Below, one piece after another: positions 44,701 to 58,510 of a DNA stretch of 64,000 nt. The position numbers and the translations under genes were made by a program. Position 1 is the first letter of the stretch. Each line of letters opens with the position of its first letter. The stretch lies in the NCBI RefSeq assembly GCF_018977255.1, contig NW_024704765.1, positions 4,588,001 to 4,652,000 on the forward strand, given 5' to 3'. This DNA comes from Callorhinchus milii. Lineage: Eukaryota. The notes below the pieces were generated by a model. That model was not told the DNA's origin and did no database searches. It saw nothing but the letters and a program-made list of their open reading frames with translations.

Positions 44701-47700
44701 AGTATCCAGACAAGGTTTTCAATCCTTATCTCTGTTCACCCACCTTTCTTCGTGCAAAACTGATTTTTCCTTTCACTTTCCCGTGTTGGGTTGAGGTGAC
44801 TGCTGGAGTCTAACCAGCTAAAACGGCATAGCTTGCCATTGTTATTGCATCTGGCAAGACTTCCCGCTACTTGTCCAGCCAGGACCACCCTACCCATTAG
44901 GGCTGTGGATTGCTGGGTTAACAGGAGCTGAGTGGAATGACTCCCTGATCCCAGTGACTTGTCTGCCCTTCTGGGTCTTGTCAATAATCCTGGTTGACTG
45001 TGCCCTGGAATATTGCAGAGCTGCCTGGCTTAGGAACCGGACTATCGATACTGCCACAGAGGGCTGGCTCGATTCTAACATCCCATTGCCAGGCATGTCA
45101 CCTTGGAGCCAGTTTAACTCCCAAGAAGTCCTGGCTTACCTCTCTTCCTCCGCCCCCATGACAACAGTTATTGCATTATAAAACTTTCTCCAAACCTGTT
45201 GGTATTGCTTTGCTATTGCACAGGAACATAGGAACAGGAGTTGGCCATTCAGCCTCTTGAGCCTGTTCCACCATTCTAAGATCATGGCTGATTTGTACCT
45301 CAATTCCCAATTAGCCACCCTTGCCCATAATCCCATGATGACCTGACAAACATCTATCCATCAATAGGGTTCATCAGAAATTAACAAAGAAAAAGGTAAC
45401 TACAGCTGAAATTAAGTTCGCTCCTGGTGGCGGGAGAAGGTTGTTAGTGAGTTAGTATAGATTGATCATAATTGCACCCTTTTCTATAAAGCCTGAAATC
45501 TCATTACGAACCCAATGACTTTATTCCAATATGAACGAGATGTTTCTGATTTCATGAACAATCATTTGAAATCAAACCTTCATTAATTTTCATTAATAGC
45601 CTAGATTAAACTATTGTCATATTTGCTTAGGGGCACAAAATGATTGAAATCAGAGCAACAATGATGGGGCGTGATTGGCCTGGCTTAACAAACATTCCCA
45701 AATGAATTCTCAGCCAGTTTGTTTTTGTTACAGGATCTTTCTAGTTTATAGCGTTCCATTTAGTTAAATCAGTGTAATTCACCAAGTAGAAACGTTGCAT
45801 TCTGGACTGCTCTTAGAAGCCAGAAAATGATTTATTAACTAATCCTAGTAAATAGTCACTTGACCTTCTGTCCTGAATTTAGTTTTGAATACTTTTGTGT
45901 TCTGTAGTTCACCAGAACTTATACGTGGGTATCGCTTCTATGACTAATTTAATAGCACCCATTTCGCAAGCATTTGAGGGTGGAGTATGAAACTCCCACC
46001 AGGAAGCTGATATGAAGCTAGGTCATGTGAGCATCTGAATAAAACAATGGAATGATAAGTCACCACTAGTTTGCTGTCATCACACTGCTGAGCTCAGTAA
46101 GTCCTTCACACCAGTGCAGATGTCAACTACACTGACCATTAAAGCTGAACTAGAGAATATAAACTTAACACTGTATCCTGAAGGAAGTTCTTGACTTAAT
46201 GTTGCGAATGTTTTGGATTGGTCAACTGCTAGGCTTTCATGCTGTTATGTTCATCCTACTTTGTACTGATCCATGCTCTGTAGTATAAAGTTCACTGGTA
46301 CTCAAAGCCACTTGACAGATTTGAAATTCATCTTTTAACTGGCTGAGTTGATTTTTTTTAAAACAATCTATTGGTCAGATTTGGAATTTGGTAACCAAAA
46401 TCTAAAGTGGATCTCCCTGTACCTGACATCAGAGCGATGGATGGTAGGATCTTTTGGAAGAGATTTGGGTGTGGGTTCCTTTAAAAAGAAACGTTTAACA
46501 TGTAAGGTATAGTTGGGAAGGATTGAGAAACCCAGCTTCAGACACTGGAAGATACTAAGACTACTCTTATTATAAAGATGTATTTGTATTTTTTCAGCAA
46601 CAAAGGTCCTTGGAACAGTAAAGTGGTTCAATGTACGAAATGGCTATGGATTCATCAACCGGTCAGTACAATTTTTTGAAGCCACATGAAATTGCCTGAA
46701 ATATAATTAACATAATTGTAACTGTTTAAATAAAGCTATTCAGACTAGATAATAAGGCATTTGTGTAACACTCTGGAACCATTTTTGAACTTTGCTCTTT
46801 GGGATCCAAGGCCCCATTACTAAACCCTTGCCAGTAACTTGTGTATTGTATGTTGCTTTTAAACCTTGATTAATAGTAATGTTGACTGAATCACTAACAG
46901 TATGATACATACACGTGGCAGTAAAATCTTCTTCATAACTGCATTTAAATGTGTGAATTGTATTTTCCTTTGTAGGAATGACACGAAAGAGGACGTATTT
47001 GTACATCAGGTGAGTGTCCAGCCTGAGGAACGACTACACGTAGCTGGGAAGTCTTTCAGAAAGTTCTATTCATGTGTACTGGTACTAGGGAACATTATTA
47101 CCACGACACTCAGTTTGTAATGTGGACCTCTAGTTTACCTCCATATTTCACTGCTGCCCTACATTAATGTAAAATGGCTTGTTTAATTTTTTTACATTCA
47201 CAAGGCAGTTATGTTCCTTGTGACATCGTAAAAGACCAGTAGAATTCTGTTCTCATTCTTTCTTCTCCCCCTCCCCATTATACTCAATTGGGGTTTGTGA
47301 TGTTCTTTGAAACCAAGTACTTGAATCATTGTGTCTGATTAACTGAAAAATCTGAGGCAGTAATATTCTGAACTGGTTCAACTTGTGGCACAGTGCTGAG
47401 CACTTGTTTGAAGTTCCACCTACTGCTAACAGTGGTGATCAGTGTCTGGCTCCCATTACATCCTCTCCCAAGGACAGGAGTTCTATTCCTTACTTTACTT
47501 CCAAGAACGAAGGACGGAAATCTTAGCTGTTGCATGCGAGTCAAATGCTTCTGAGTGGGGGAAAGGAATAACTGCAGGATCTTCCACTCAGGTCTCAAAT
47601 GTCCTAACAACTGGCTTGAATCCCGATCCTGTCAGTGAACTTCAGAGTCCAGGAATAGTGGATAAGGAGGAGAGAAAATGGTTGAAATGAAGTTGGGTTA

Positions 47701-50700
47701 GATTGAAGAACATTTTTTAGATTTTTAATTTACATTCTTAACCTGTATGTGCTGTCTTTGAGAAGTGAATTTTAGTTACAGACTCAAGGTTTCTCTTTGC
47801 TGCAATTTACCCTAGGTAATCAACTGCACAGTATATTATTGTTTTTAAAATGTTAATGAAGTTTGTAGAAGTCCTAGATCTATACTGAATAGGATCAGCT
47901 AAATTATCTTTCACTAGGGTCAATGTTTCAGAGTATGGATTAAGATTTAATTTAGCTCTAACTGCAAAAGATATTGTTCTGCCCAGCAGTGTGATAATAC
48001 CTCTACATTGAAGTTTATGCCCAGTATATGAAGGTTATTATTCAATCCCATTGTCCAGAATTGTTTTTGAATTTCTAGCTTCAGGAAGATCTCTTGAAGC
48101 AGCTTCTGGTGGAAGTTTGACTGATTGAGTTCTCGGCCCAACCCTAGCCTGAATTAAAACCACATAGTATTAATGCATAATCCTACATGGTGAAGGTGCA
48201 CTTATCAATGTCTCTAAAACTTCTAGCTTAAAGGTGGTGTGGCACAAAGTTTTAACTTATTTCAGAGCTGCCGCTGAACAAACAAGTCAAACTACCTACA
48301 ACCCACCATTCCTATTCATAATACTCAAACACAGCAGGGCATTTTTGAACAATAAAATGTGCCGGTCTGTAGTTTTGTTTAATCTTCATTCCAATGCTAT
48401 TAGCAGAACTTCATCAAACCAAGTTCATCTATTATTGCATTCCTAAAGCAGCAGTACATATTGTTTTACCGCATTTGTTGTAGGTTTCTCTTTACTTTGA
48501 AGCTTGTAAATAAATACAGTAGCCTGAAAGTTTGATTGTCAACCTTAAAGATTTGGCTGTATTGAGATTTCACATTAAAGCTGCAGAGGTACTTGCCTCT
48601 GATGTTGGTAACAAATCTCTTAAATCTTTTGCAATTGATATTAGCAGTAATTCACTCCAGAGGGAGAACTGTTTGATTAATGAGAAGGAGAACTTTTATC
48701 ATAAAATTTCTGACTTGAACTATTGAATTCTTGACAGACTGCCATAAAGAAGAATAATCCACGGAAATATCTAAGAAGTGTTGGTGACGGTGAAACAGTG
48801 GAGTTTGATGTCGTGGAAGGTGAAAAGGTACAATCCACAATGTAATATTTTCAGTGCAACTGCAATGAAGTGTTAGCTGCTGAAATACTTTTTAATAATA
48901 TGATCATATAATCCTTGCATTTCGAACAGCACCTTATCATGTTGTCAAGACGCCTCAGAGGACATAAAAGATGTAGAGTGAATTGTCTTTTTTGGATGAA
49001 ACTCGGCAGTCAGTTTGTGCACAACATTGTCCCACAAACAGCCATGGAGCAAGTGACCAATTTTTATTTGGGGGATTGTTGGCCAGGAGAGAAACTTGCT
49101 TCTCATTTTGAATAGCGCCACAGGATCTTTAATGTCCACCTGAACAGGCAGATGGGAGCTTGGTTTAACTACCCGATTCCAAGTTCTGATGTGGTCTTGA
49201 AGCCACAACTTTCTGACTGAGGCAATAGTGCTACCACTGCACCAGGCTGATGCATAAAACATGGTGAACATTGCACATAATACATTTGCCCACAAAAAAG
49301 TCTGCACTTTACAGTGAATCCTGTGAAGACATCCTCAGCTGCCCCTTAAATCACCTAACGTGTTTCTGTTAGCTGCCCTGTCTCACGTAGGGATCCTGTT
49401 TTATTTGTGGGATCATATTGCTGATTTTTTTTTATTTTGTCATTGCCCTCGGACTTGCAGAAAATCTACAATGGAGTTGCCTTTACCAGAACTCCCAAAC
49501 TACTAAGCTACCCCATGTTGTTGAAGATTATGTTTGTATTTCTAGTAATTTTAACAGTTTCATGCCACTTAAAAGACGATAACTTGCATTTATATAGTGG
49601 CCCTCACACAGGGTAGAATCCCAGAGCACTGAATCTGCATTCATGCTCACGTTTTGATCTGTTTATGCTCACGTAGTGTTTTTTTCATCTGATTGTGAAT
49701 GGTTAAATAGACTCTATTGAAGCCTGGTTTTGATCACAACCAGATACATTGCTCAACTCTCCCCTCTGTGTTTCAGGGAGCAGAGGCGGCCAACGTGACC
49801 GGTCCCGGTGGAGTTCCTGTTCAAGGAAGCCGATATGCTGCGGATCGAAATCGTTACCGTCGTTACAACCCTCGACGTCGAGGACCACCGCGGAATGTAT
49901 GTCCAAAACGATTTTGCATCTGTTACCATTCATGCTTGTAGCCCCATGTTACCTGGAGCCCCAGCAGCCACCAATGCAGCTTTGTGGCCAGTTGTCAGAC
50001 CCCAATTGTTCCTCCTCCGAGAGTTCTTCCAATATTCTATCAGCATGTGGTTCGGTTGGAGGAATTTAAAGGCTAAGGGACCCAAAGAAAATGCAGTGTG
50101 TGTTGATGTGTCTGATTGTGATTTGCTGTGTCTATGGTAGGTTCAGAGTAGTCTGGTGCTGACTGTTCTGTTCTCTGTGTGGAATTGACTGTTATACAAA
50201 TGAGCAAGTTTTTGTTTTTCCATAAGATGTCTGAATATCTTGGCTCTAAAAAATCACTGCATGATATTGATGAAGTAGGAAATGGTAGCACAGCTGTTGA
50301 ATTTTGAGGTAAATTGGTTGAGCTATGCCAAGCTTGGGAAGAGAGGCCTGTGGTGATGAGGAGTGACAGATTTGGGAGGTGGGAAAGTGTAGCAGGTTGA
50401 TCTTGATGCATTTTTGAAGCTTCAACGTAAAGTTCAGAGGATGGTGACCGAAGGAGTCTAGGTTTTACAGTGAAACAGAGATGGGCAGAGCTGAGAAGGA
50501 TCACTCATCAGATGACGAACCTTTTCTTGTATCTTGTCCAGGAGTGTGAGAGGTGCTAGGAAAGCTTCTTCAGATATGCGAGCAGTGTTCAAGTCTTGGA
50601 CTAACTTGGGGCTTGATAGACAGGTAAGAGTTGTTGTTCAGGGGCACACGAGTGTTTGGCCTGACAGGGAACCAAGTGTCGGAAGAAGCTTTAGCATCAG

Positions 50701-53700
50701 AGCTGCGTGTATTGTATATTGGTGACCAGTTACTTTTCTGGTCTGCTCTGGCTTTTACTGTTGCATGCTGTAGTTGTGGAGAATGTGTTCATGAGCATTT
50801 CTCTAGTTGTATTTTAGGAAGGTGGAGTTGATGGCACAGTGTGCTAATTTAAACATTTTTTTGTTAAGGACCAACAGAACATTGAAGGTGGAGAGAAAGG
50901 AGATGGAGCGGAGACTGCAACTGACGGAGAGACCCAGGAATATCAAAACCAACAGCAACGCCCTCCGTACAGAAGACAGCGTTACCCACCTTACTTTGTT
51001 CGACGTCGGTATGGTCGTCGCCCACAATACGCCAACCAGCCTCCCCAGGGAGAAGTTACTGAGGTAAAGAGCAGCGAATGGCTTAAGATTAGCTGGTCTT
51101 TAGCTAACCAACCAGCGCCTTATCAAGCCACTGAGACATCTCAAAGCACTTCAGAGAATGTACTGTAAAGTGGATTCCCCTTATCCCATTTGGGCCCTTT
51201 ATTAAATGTAGGAAAACAGCTGCATGATATAATAACTGCTTCAGTTGCAGACCTGGTTCTAGTCAAACTCAGTATATTATGAATGTACAAAAAGGTGGGT
51301 TGCAATTGGCTTTGAGCTGAGTATAAAATCTCAAGGCGGGTGAGCAAAGAGTGTTCTCTCCTAGACCACAGAGCAACAAGTGATAATACTTGCATTTGAT
51401 ATAACTCAAATGAGATGCCTTAAAGCGCTTTATATAATAATAATCCTTGCATTTGATAAAGTGCTTTTCACATCTTCTCGACGTCTCAAAGCGCTTCACA
51501 GAATATACTGTAAAGTGAATTGACTGTATATTTGTGGGCGAAACGCATCAGCCAATTGCACACAGCAATGTCCCACAACCAGTCATGGATTGAAAATGAC
51601 CAATTTATTATTTTTTGTTTTGGAGGGATTATTATTAGGCTGTGTGTGAAGTAAGGAAACTTGCCCAAAGTTTCTTTACAGAATATACTCTTAAGTGAAT
51701 TGACTATTTTATGGGTGTACTGGGTTGGCTGAATTGTAACTTAATTACATTTTGTATATGAACTTTTCCTTGGGCTTTCTTATTCTGCTTCTCTAAACTT
51801 GTATCCAAATCTAGTGGTCATATATTTGTAACTATTCTTGGGTTTCAATCTCCCTTCAGTTATCCACCTTTATTTGAACAGCATGAGAGCAGTTTGGTTT
51901 GTAGCAGTCTTGGCCCTGGCAGGATGCTGGAGAGTCAATATTTGTCTAGCCTGTGGCAGTCTCTTGAGGTGTTCCACGCACAAAGTTTGAAGAATTGCAA
52001 CCAACTAATTCTCTGTCCCTCTGGAGACTGTCTGATCCTAAGCATCCACTAAGATCAGATGTTCAGTGTAACACTGCTAACAGTAGTCTGGCTTTAGACG
52101 CTGTTGATGCAGGTCAGGACTGTGAGCATTGGTTTGGTATGTACGTTTCTGGTGTTTAACTCCTATTCCTGCTGGAATAGCTTACTCATACTGCATGATC
52201 CCTGCTTTTTCAATCACCCTTTGAACCTCAAAATGCGGTCACTACACTTTACAGTATATTCTGTGAAACGCTTTGAGACATCTCAATGACGTGATGTATA
52301 TCAAATGTAAGGATTATTTTTGTAAATTCAGATTTACACAGCTCTGACTCGAATCGTATTGGAGTAACTACTGCATGAGAACGGCACCTTTGGTTGGTGA
52401 AAGCTTTCTTAGCATGGATTGGAGAATGGTTAACAGGAAGAAAACAGAGTGGGGATAAAAGGGTCCTTCTCAGATTGGCAGGGTGTGACTAGTGGAGTGC
52501 CACAAGGATCAGTGCTTGGGCCTCAATTATTTACAGTCTATATCAATGATTTAGCTGAGGAAATGGAATTTAACATATCTAAATTCGCAGATGATACGAA
52601 GCTAGGTGGGAGAGCAAGCTGTGAGAATGATACAAGAAGAATGCAAAGGGAAATAGACAGCCTAGGTGAATGGGCAAGAAGGTGGCAGATGGAGTATAAC
52701 GTGGGAAAGTGTGAAGTTATTCACCTAGGTAGTAAAAATAGAAAAGCAGATTATTTTCTAGAGGGGGAGACTAGGTAGTATTGGTGTTCAGAGGGATTTG
52801 GGTGTCCTTATAGTCACAAAAAGTTTGTATGCAGGTACAGCAAGCAATTGGGAAGGCTAACGTCATGTTGGCGTTCGTTGCAAGAGTAGTACAAGAGTAG
52901 GGAAGTCTTGCTGCAGTTGTATAAGGCCTTGGTGCGACTGCACCTAGAATATTGCGTGCAGTTTTGGTCTATTTAAGAAAGGACATACTCGCCTTTAGAG
53001 GGAGTGCAGCGTAGATTCGCTAGGTTGGTTCCTGGGATGAGGGGCTCGACCTATGAGGATAGATTGAGTAAACTAGGCCTATATTCTCTAGAATATAGAA
53101 GAATTGGAGGTGATCTTATAGAAACTTGTAAGATTCCTAAGAGTCTTGACAGGGTAGATGCTTTGAGACTGTTTCCCCTGGTTGGAGAATCTAAAACTAG
53201 GGGTCATAGTCTGAAGATTAAGGGTCAGCTTTTTCCAAACTGAGTTGAGGAAACATTTCTTTACTCAGGGTAATGAATTTGTGGAATTCTCTATCCCAGA
53301 GGCTGTGGATACTCAGTCCTTGAACATATTCAAGACTGAGGTTGACAGATGTCTGAAAGATAGAGGGATTAAGGAATATGAGGATAGGGCCGATAAATGG
53401 AATTAGGTTAGAAGATCAGCCATGATCTTATTAAATGGCGGGGCAGGCTCGAGGGGCTGAATGGCCTACTCCTGCTCTACGTCTTATGGACTGTCACTAA
53501 ATAGTGTTTTCTTGTCTTGATGTTGTGAGATTATTTTAATGTGTTAATGCCAAGGGGGGAAAGGCTGAATATGTGTGAGATGTTATGTCCCCATCTCTGG
53601 TTTGTGCAGGGTGGTGAAGTAAACGAAAACCAAGTTGCTGGGGAAGACGGTGGTAAACCAAGCCGAGGACAAAATCGCTTTAGGGGCTATCGCCCACGGT

Positions 53701-54921
53701 ACCGCAGGTAAATACTGTTTCTCTTCGCCTATTCTTGACGGGGTGAGGCATGAAGTCAGCATAGCTGGTGTCTAGCTCCATTTTCTCATTGTGTTTTATG
53801 GTGGAGGGAGGGGGGGTTGCAGTTTAAGTATTAAATCTATTAGAGGGAAAGGGAATATTACTTTGAATATGTTTTTAATAGGAGCTTAATTTTTTTTTTG
53901 AATCACTGGAGATGTCACATCTAATGCACGATCTGGTCTCCTTTAAGTAGCAAAGAGCTACTGTTTTCATTACACTCAGTATGAGCATGATGTAGAGGAC
54001 CGGTGATAATATTAATTAATATGCAATGGTATTCCAATTCAGCAAGTTTGTAGTCTAATCTTTCTTGGTATTTCTGGTGATATTAAACCTTTAGATTTGG
54101 GTGAATCCCATCTATTTTACTATATAAACTTTAAATAAAATGAAAGCACGGCTATGCTGTCCTATCTGTCTGTATGTGTAGCACAATTCTAACCTGATTC
54201 TAACCTGTTTTTTAGCTTCAACGAATCGGTTCATTACAGAGGACCCCCTCGCCCACGTCCACCCCGGGAGGGAAGTAGTGAGGAAGACAAAGAGAACCAA
54301 GGTGACGGCCAACAAGACCAGCAGACTCACCCCAGACGATTTCGCCGCAACTACAACTACAGGCGTCGTCGCCCACAAAACCCTAAACCCAAAGATGGCG
54401 AGGAGGTAAGGCAATATCAGGGGGCTGGAGACCCGGTCCTTGATTCCCACCTTCTCTCTGCTTTGCTCTCGGACTATTTTGGGAGGGGTGGGGGGTATTT
54501 CAGTGATGGAGAATGATTGGAATTTTAGTAAAAGGATTCAAAGGTTGTGGAGGAGCTTCGAGGAAAGCATTCAATTGAATTTTGGACATTAAAAGAGAAT
54601 TTACCTAAATTTTTTGGAGGGATTACCACCAGTTGATTTGGAAAGCCAATTGACTAAACGACCAGATTCGTACTTACCGCTAGATAAACAGAGGCATGTG
54701 GGGTAAGGGAAATTTGCCTAACGTGTTGCTCTGCCAGAAGCTATCAAATTATTGTAGCTCATCCTGCCAGCCTGGATTTTGATGCTAGAAGTGTTGATGT
54801 TCATTTGTAATTGGAGCAAATGGTCTTACCTTTGGCTTGTCATATTTTTCAGAGCAAGGCACCCGAAACACCAGCTGAGAACATCTCTGCTCCGGAGACC
54901 GAGCAGGGCAATGCTGAGTAA
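41707..54921 (+). CDS. YBX1: Y-box-binding protein 1; coding exons 41707-41851, 46598-46661, 46976-47009, 48738-48827, 49777-49896, 50869-51063, 53610-53707, 54240-54405, 54853-54921 (326 aa); non-coding last exon from 55495
   Basis: MSEAETEQQ...[93 protein letters not shown]... is a cold-shock domain. It is followed by alternating basic/acidic blocks ([25 protein letters not shown]) and the C-terminus [14 protein letters not shown]. 981 nt in frame; PPIH synteny supports YBX1 rather than YBX2/3. Confidence 0.95.
41960..42800. repeat. Low-complexity polypurine/polypyrimidine and homopolymer tracts at the start of YBX1 intron 1
   Basis: Runs of G, C, T and A, plus (CT)n, (GA)n and (CTC)n. Confidence 0.75.
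51435..51668 (-). mobile_element. 5'-truncated SINE, YBX1 intron 6
   Basis: Reverse-complement body and tail. Confidence 0.8.
52408..53488 (+). mobile_element. CR1-clade LINE 3' fragment (decayed reverse transcriptase), YBX1 intron 6
   Basis: [20 protein letters not shown]...[13 protein letters not shown] motifs and GLYSLEYRR...TRGHSLK; frameshifts and stops; CR1-type 3' end GGCTCGAGGGGCTGAATGGCCTACTCCTGCT. Confidence 0.92.
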
Positions 54922-55494
54922 CACCAGCTCAGCATCTCTTACCATCAAAAAGGTAAGTTTTTTTTTCCTGAACATCGCATTAAACTGACGCCCATTCCTG
55001 CAGCCCGTGTCCTCTCCCGCTCTGAGCTCCTTAAGCCGATCACCCCCATCCTCACCCGGCTTCACTGGCTCCCCATCTCACAGAGGATTGAATTGAAGGT
55101 CCTCGCTTTTAAAGCCTCTGCAATCTTGCTTCTCCCTATGACTGCGACCCACTAAAATGTTACCAGCCTACCAGATCCCTCCGCTGGCACTGGGCACTTC
55201 CACCATCGGCAGTTGGACTTTCTGCCCCCACCCTCTGGAACTCCATCCTAGAGCCCCTCTACCTCGCCCTTTATTCAAGGCCTTCCTCTTTGATCGTGCC
55301 TTTGATCATCCTGCGATTGATCCTGGTTTTCGATCTTGCGCAAACATTGGAACAAATGCTCTTACTTCTGGAAAGTAATGTAAGTTTGTGGGAATAGTGT
55401 AAGAAATGCCCAGGTTGATGATAATAATAATCCTTGCATAACTTGCTCACACTTTGCCACAAGGATCGCTAACCGGCTGCCCTTATCTTTACAG

Positions 55495-55850
55495 TTTTGT
55501 CATCAAACGGAAGACCATCAAAGTCAAATTCCAGCAATAATAAAAAGTGAGCTTTCGACTGTAAGATCTGCAGTGCTTGCATACAGTTGACCAGATACCA
55601 GAATGTTTCACAATAGTAAAACCTATGCAGCATGGTTTCTTAACCTTTCTTGAAACTGCTTTTTTGGAACTGGCTTAAAAGAGATTTTTGTAGATGGTCT
55701 ATTTTCCTTTATACTTCTGATGGTTTTTAAGCTTATTTGATATCTGGTCAATTTGAATTTTTGAAATACCAGTTTTTAATTTGTAAGCATTGTACAACTG
55801 AACTTTAAGTACAACCGGGCACTAATAAAGGTCCGAAAACACCATTTACT
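55495..55850 (+). other. YBX1: YBX1 terminal 3'UTR exon with AATAAA at 55824-55829
   Basis: Donor at 54952/54953 (31 nt after the stop) and acceptor ctttacag/ at 55494. The exon contains AAATTCCAGCAATAA, GTTGACCAGATA, TATGCAGCATGG, TATCTGGTCAA and TAATAAAGGTC, blocks recognisable from mammalian YBX1 3'UTRs. Confidence 0.85.
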
Positions 55851-57901
55851 GCCTATCATTTACAGTGTAAGATAGTTCATGCGTGTGGGTGGTCCAGGCT
55901 AGAACATACAAAAAAAATCTGTTGGGCTGATGATGCAAATACTAAGATAATATCTGGACTATGGGGATTCCACATGTTCATACAATAATCCGTGAGTTAA
56001 ACCTCTATTTGCCTTCCCCCTGATAAACAGGGTGTCATCCAACTGAACTCTTGACTTTGTTGAGCACATATTAAACTAATGGTTGAGGAAACTAATTGGA
56101 TAGTGGATAACATGGGTGTGGTATTAGGGCTATTTCCTATCATTTAATCAAGGTGGGCAGTTTGGGTGAGCAAGGTACTGAGACAATGTTCTATTGACTT
56201 GGTATGAGCCACCCCCAGCATCATCCTGAAGTGTCCCCAGTCTTGTCGGAGCTCAAAGTCTTCACATTAGGGCTGCAGCCAACATCCTTCTCATTCTGAG
56301 AATCACTCACACCTGCCAGTAAATGGCAATGAGCACCTGTGTTTTAAGTCAGTACCTTGCTGGGACACAGGGAGGAAGCTGAGCAATCTCTTTTAATTAA
56401 CTCCATCCAATGGAAATGTGGATCAAAGAAGTAAATTGCTAAACATGCAGGTACGTGTAACCGACCCTGGAGACAAAGGGATGCTTACAAGTAATTAAAT
56501 TAAAAAAAAATTCTGTGCAGAGCACATAGACTGGTCAGCCAGCTCCTAGATGGCTCAGGACTGTCTAAGTGTCTCAAGAGATGGCTATTTTGAATCCTGG
56601 TGGCTGCCGTGGGCTAATTATAATCTGTAATCAACACTCCACTCCAGAATGCCAAGTGCAGTAACATTTCTAGGTGAGCTAGTGTTGGGGCTTGAGTTGC
56701 TGAAACATGTGACTGAGACGAGGAGTAGTGGGCTAGAAGGGAACACGTTGTGCAATTGCTGACAGACCAAATTCCCAATTGAAGTGTCCTCAGGGCATTG
56801 GATTATCCTGCATTGGGTAAAGTACTAACGGCAGTGTCCAACCAGCCGTCTGATTAAAAGAAAAGTCAACTGTTGGGCTTTGACATTGGTGGAGAAGAGG
56901 TTTGATACGAGCTTGATGGACTAAAAATCAATGGACTTCCTTCGCAGGGACTTCCAGAAATTGGAACGTAACTGAGTTGGCAACAGAGACCAGTGTCTTT
57001 TGTTTGCCTTCAGATAAATGGTTCCTTCACCATTTTGTGGGCCTCGTTTGTGGCGCTGCGCTGGGGCAAAAACAGCCGCTAGTTTGGCTGCAAAGAAGCT
57101 CTGCTTGACAGCGATTGCACTTTTGAGATGTTTGGACGCATTAGGCATTGTAAAAATACAAACTCCTGCTATAAGGACTACTGATGGTGAAGACTATTAA
57201 TCCGAAGCGTCCAGTGCTGTACCTGAGTGTTGCCACGAGGTGGTGCCACTTTGCTACGATACAGTACTGGATCTAATACGAATTCGGAGCAATCTCCAGG
57301 CAATTCTACGCGGGACGAAGAAATGAAACGTATACCTGAATGTCTGCACTCTCGCCCGTCAAATAGCAAAGTGAGCGAAGCTATTGATAACACTTGCATT
57401 TCATGTCGTGCCTTATTACACAACGTCTCCCAAGCGCTTTAACGATTTCACAGCGTTTCACAGATTCACGGTTTAACATCTCATCTGAAGGAGACCGGGA
57501 GAAGCCCACATGTTTTGGGGCACGCCTTCCAGAAAGAGAGAGAGAGAGTTTGTGGAGAAAATTAAGATGGCGAAGACATTTTAAATATACTTGTAGATTC
57601 TAATTGAGATTAAAACAGCGGGAATACTTTTCTGGAGATTATAAACATGTGAAATGTTGCATTGTCAAGATAATCAAATTTGCTACCAGTTTTGGGGATT
57701 CCTACATAAGAAAGAAGTTACATAACTACACTTCCTCCACTAACCAGAGGTTCATCATTGTCACCTTGTGTTCTCCACTGCAACTCGGTCTCTCTCCAGC
57801 CCTGGAATAATGGCAATTTATGCAGGAATTCCGGTAAGAGATACAGTACTGCAAATTACAACCGCTCCATCTTTGGGATAGTTTGAGATCTCCATTACTT
57901 T

Positions 57902-58462
57902 ACAACAACAAAATTACATTTGTATAGCACCTTTCAAGTCGGGAGGATGTCCCAAGGCGCTGTTTCAGCCCCGAGCTGGGGGTCAGGATCGTGGAGGGTG
58001 GGGGGAGGAGGCAGGGTGATCGAAAGGAGGGTCTTGAGATGGGTCTTGAAGGAGGCAAGGGAGGTGTCGAGGCATAGGGACTGCCGGATGGAGTTCCAGA
58101 GGGTGGGGGCAGAGTGGCAGAAGGTTTACCTGCCAATAGTGGAGCAGGCCAGGTGGGAGAACATTAAGCAGGCTGGGGCCCGCTGAGCGGAGGGAGCGGG
58201 CAGGATGATAGGGGTTTAGGAGGTCGCAAAGGTAGGTGGGGAGCAAGGCCATGGTCGGCCTTGAAGGTGAGGACAAGGATCTTGAACTGTATCTTCTGTG
58301 TGTTGGGAAGCCAATGGAGTCGGCCGAGGATGGGGGTTATAGGGTCACGGAGCTGGTGCAGGAGAGGACACGGGCTGCAGAGTTCTGGATGATATGCAGC
58401 CTATTTAGGAAAGAGTTGGGGAGGCCAACAAGCAAGGAGTTTGCACAGTCCAGCCTCGATGT
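57902..58462 (-). mobile_element. L2-clade LINE 3' fragment
   Basis: SRLDCANSLLVGLPNSFLNRLHIIQNSAARVL peptide (L2 ORF2 C-terminus) and (TTG)n tail. Confidence 0.85.
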
Positions 58463-58510
58463 TACTTTAAGACAAGCAATTAGAACAACCACACACATAC
58501 ATGAGTTAGC

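Noticed and set aside
52449-53243. Reverse transcriptase ORFs as an active or domesticated RT gene
   Set aside because: 5'-truncated CR1 fragment with frameshifts and stops.
54922-55494. YBX1 3'UTR intron as an NMD trigger
   Set aside because: The junction is only 31 nt after the stop (under the ~50-nt rule), and mammalian YBX1 has the same arrangement.
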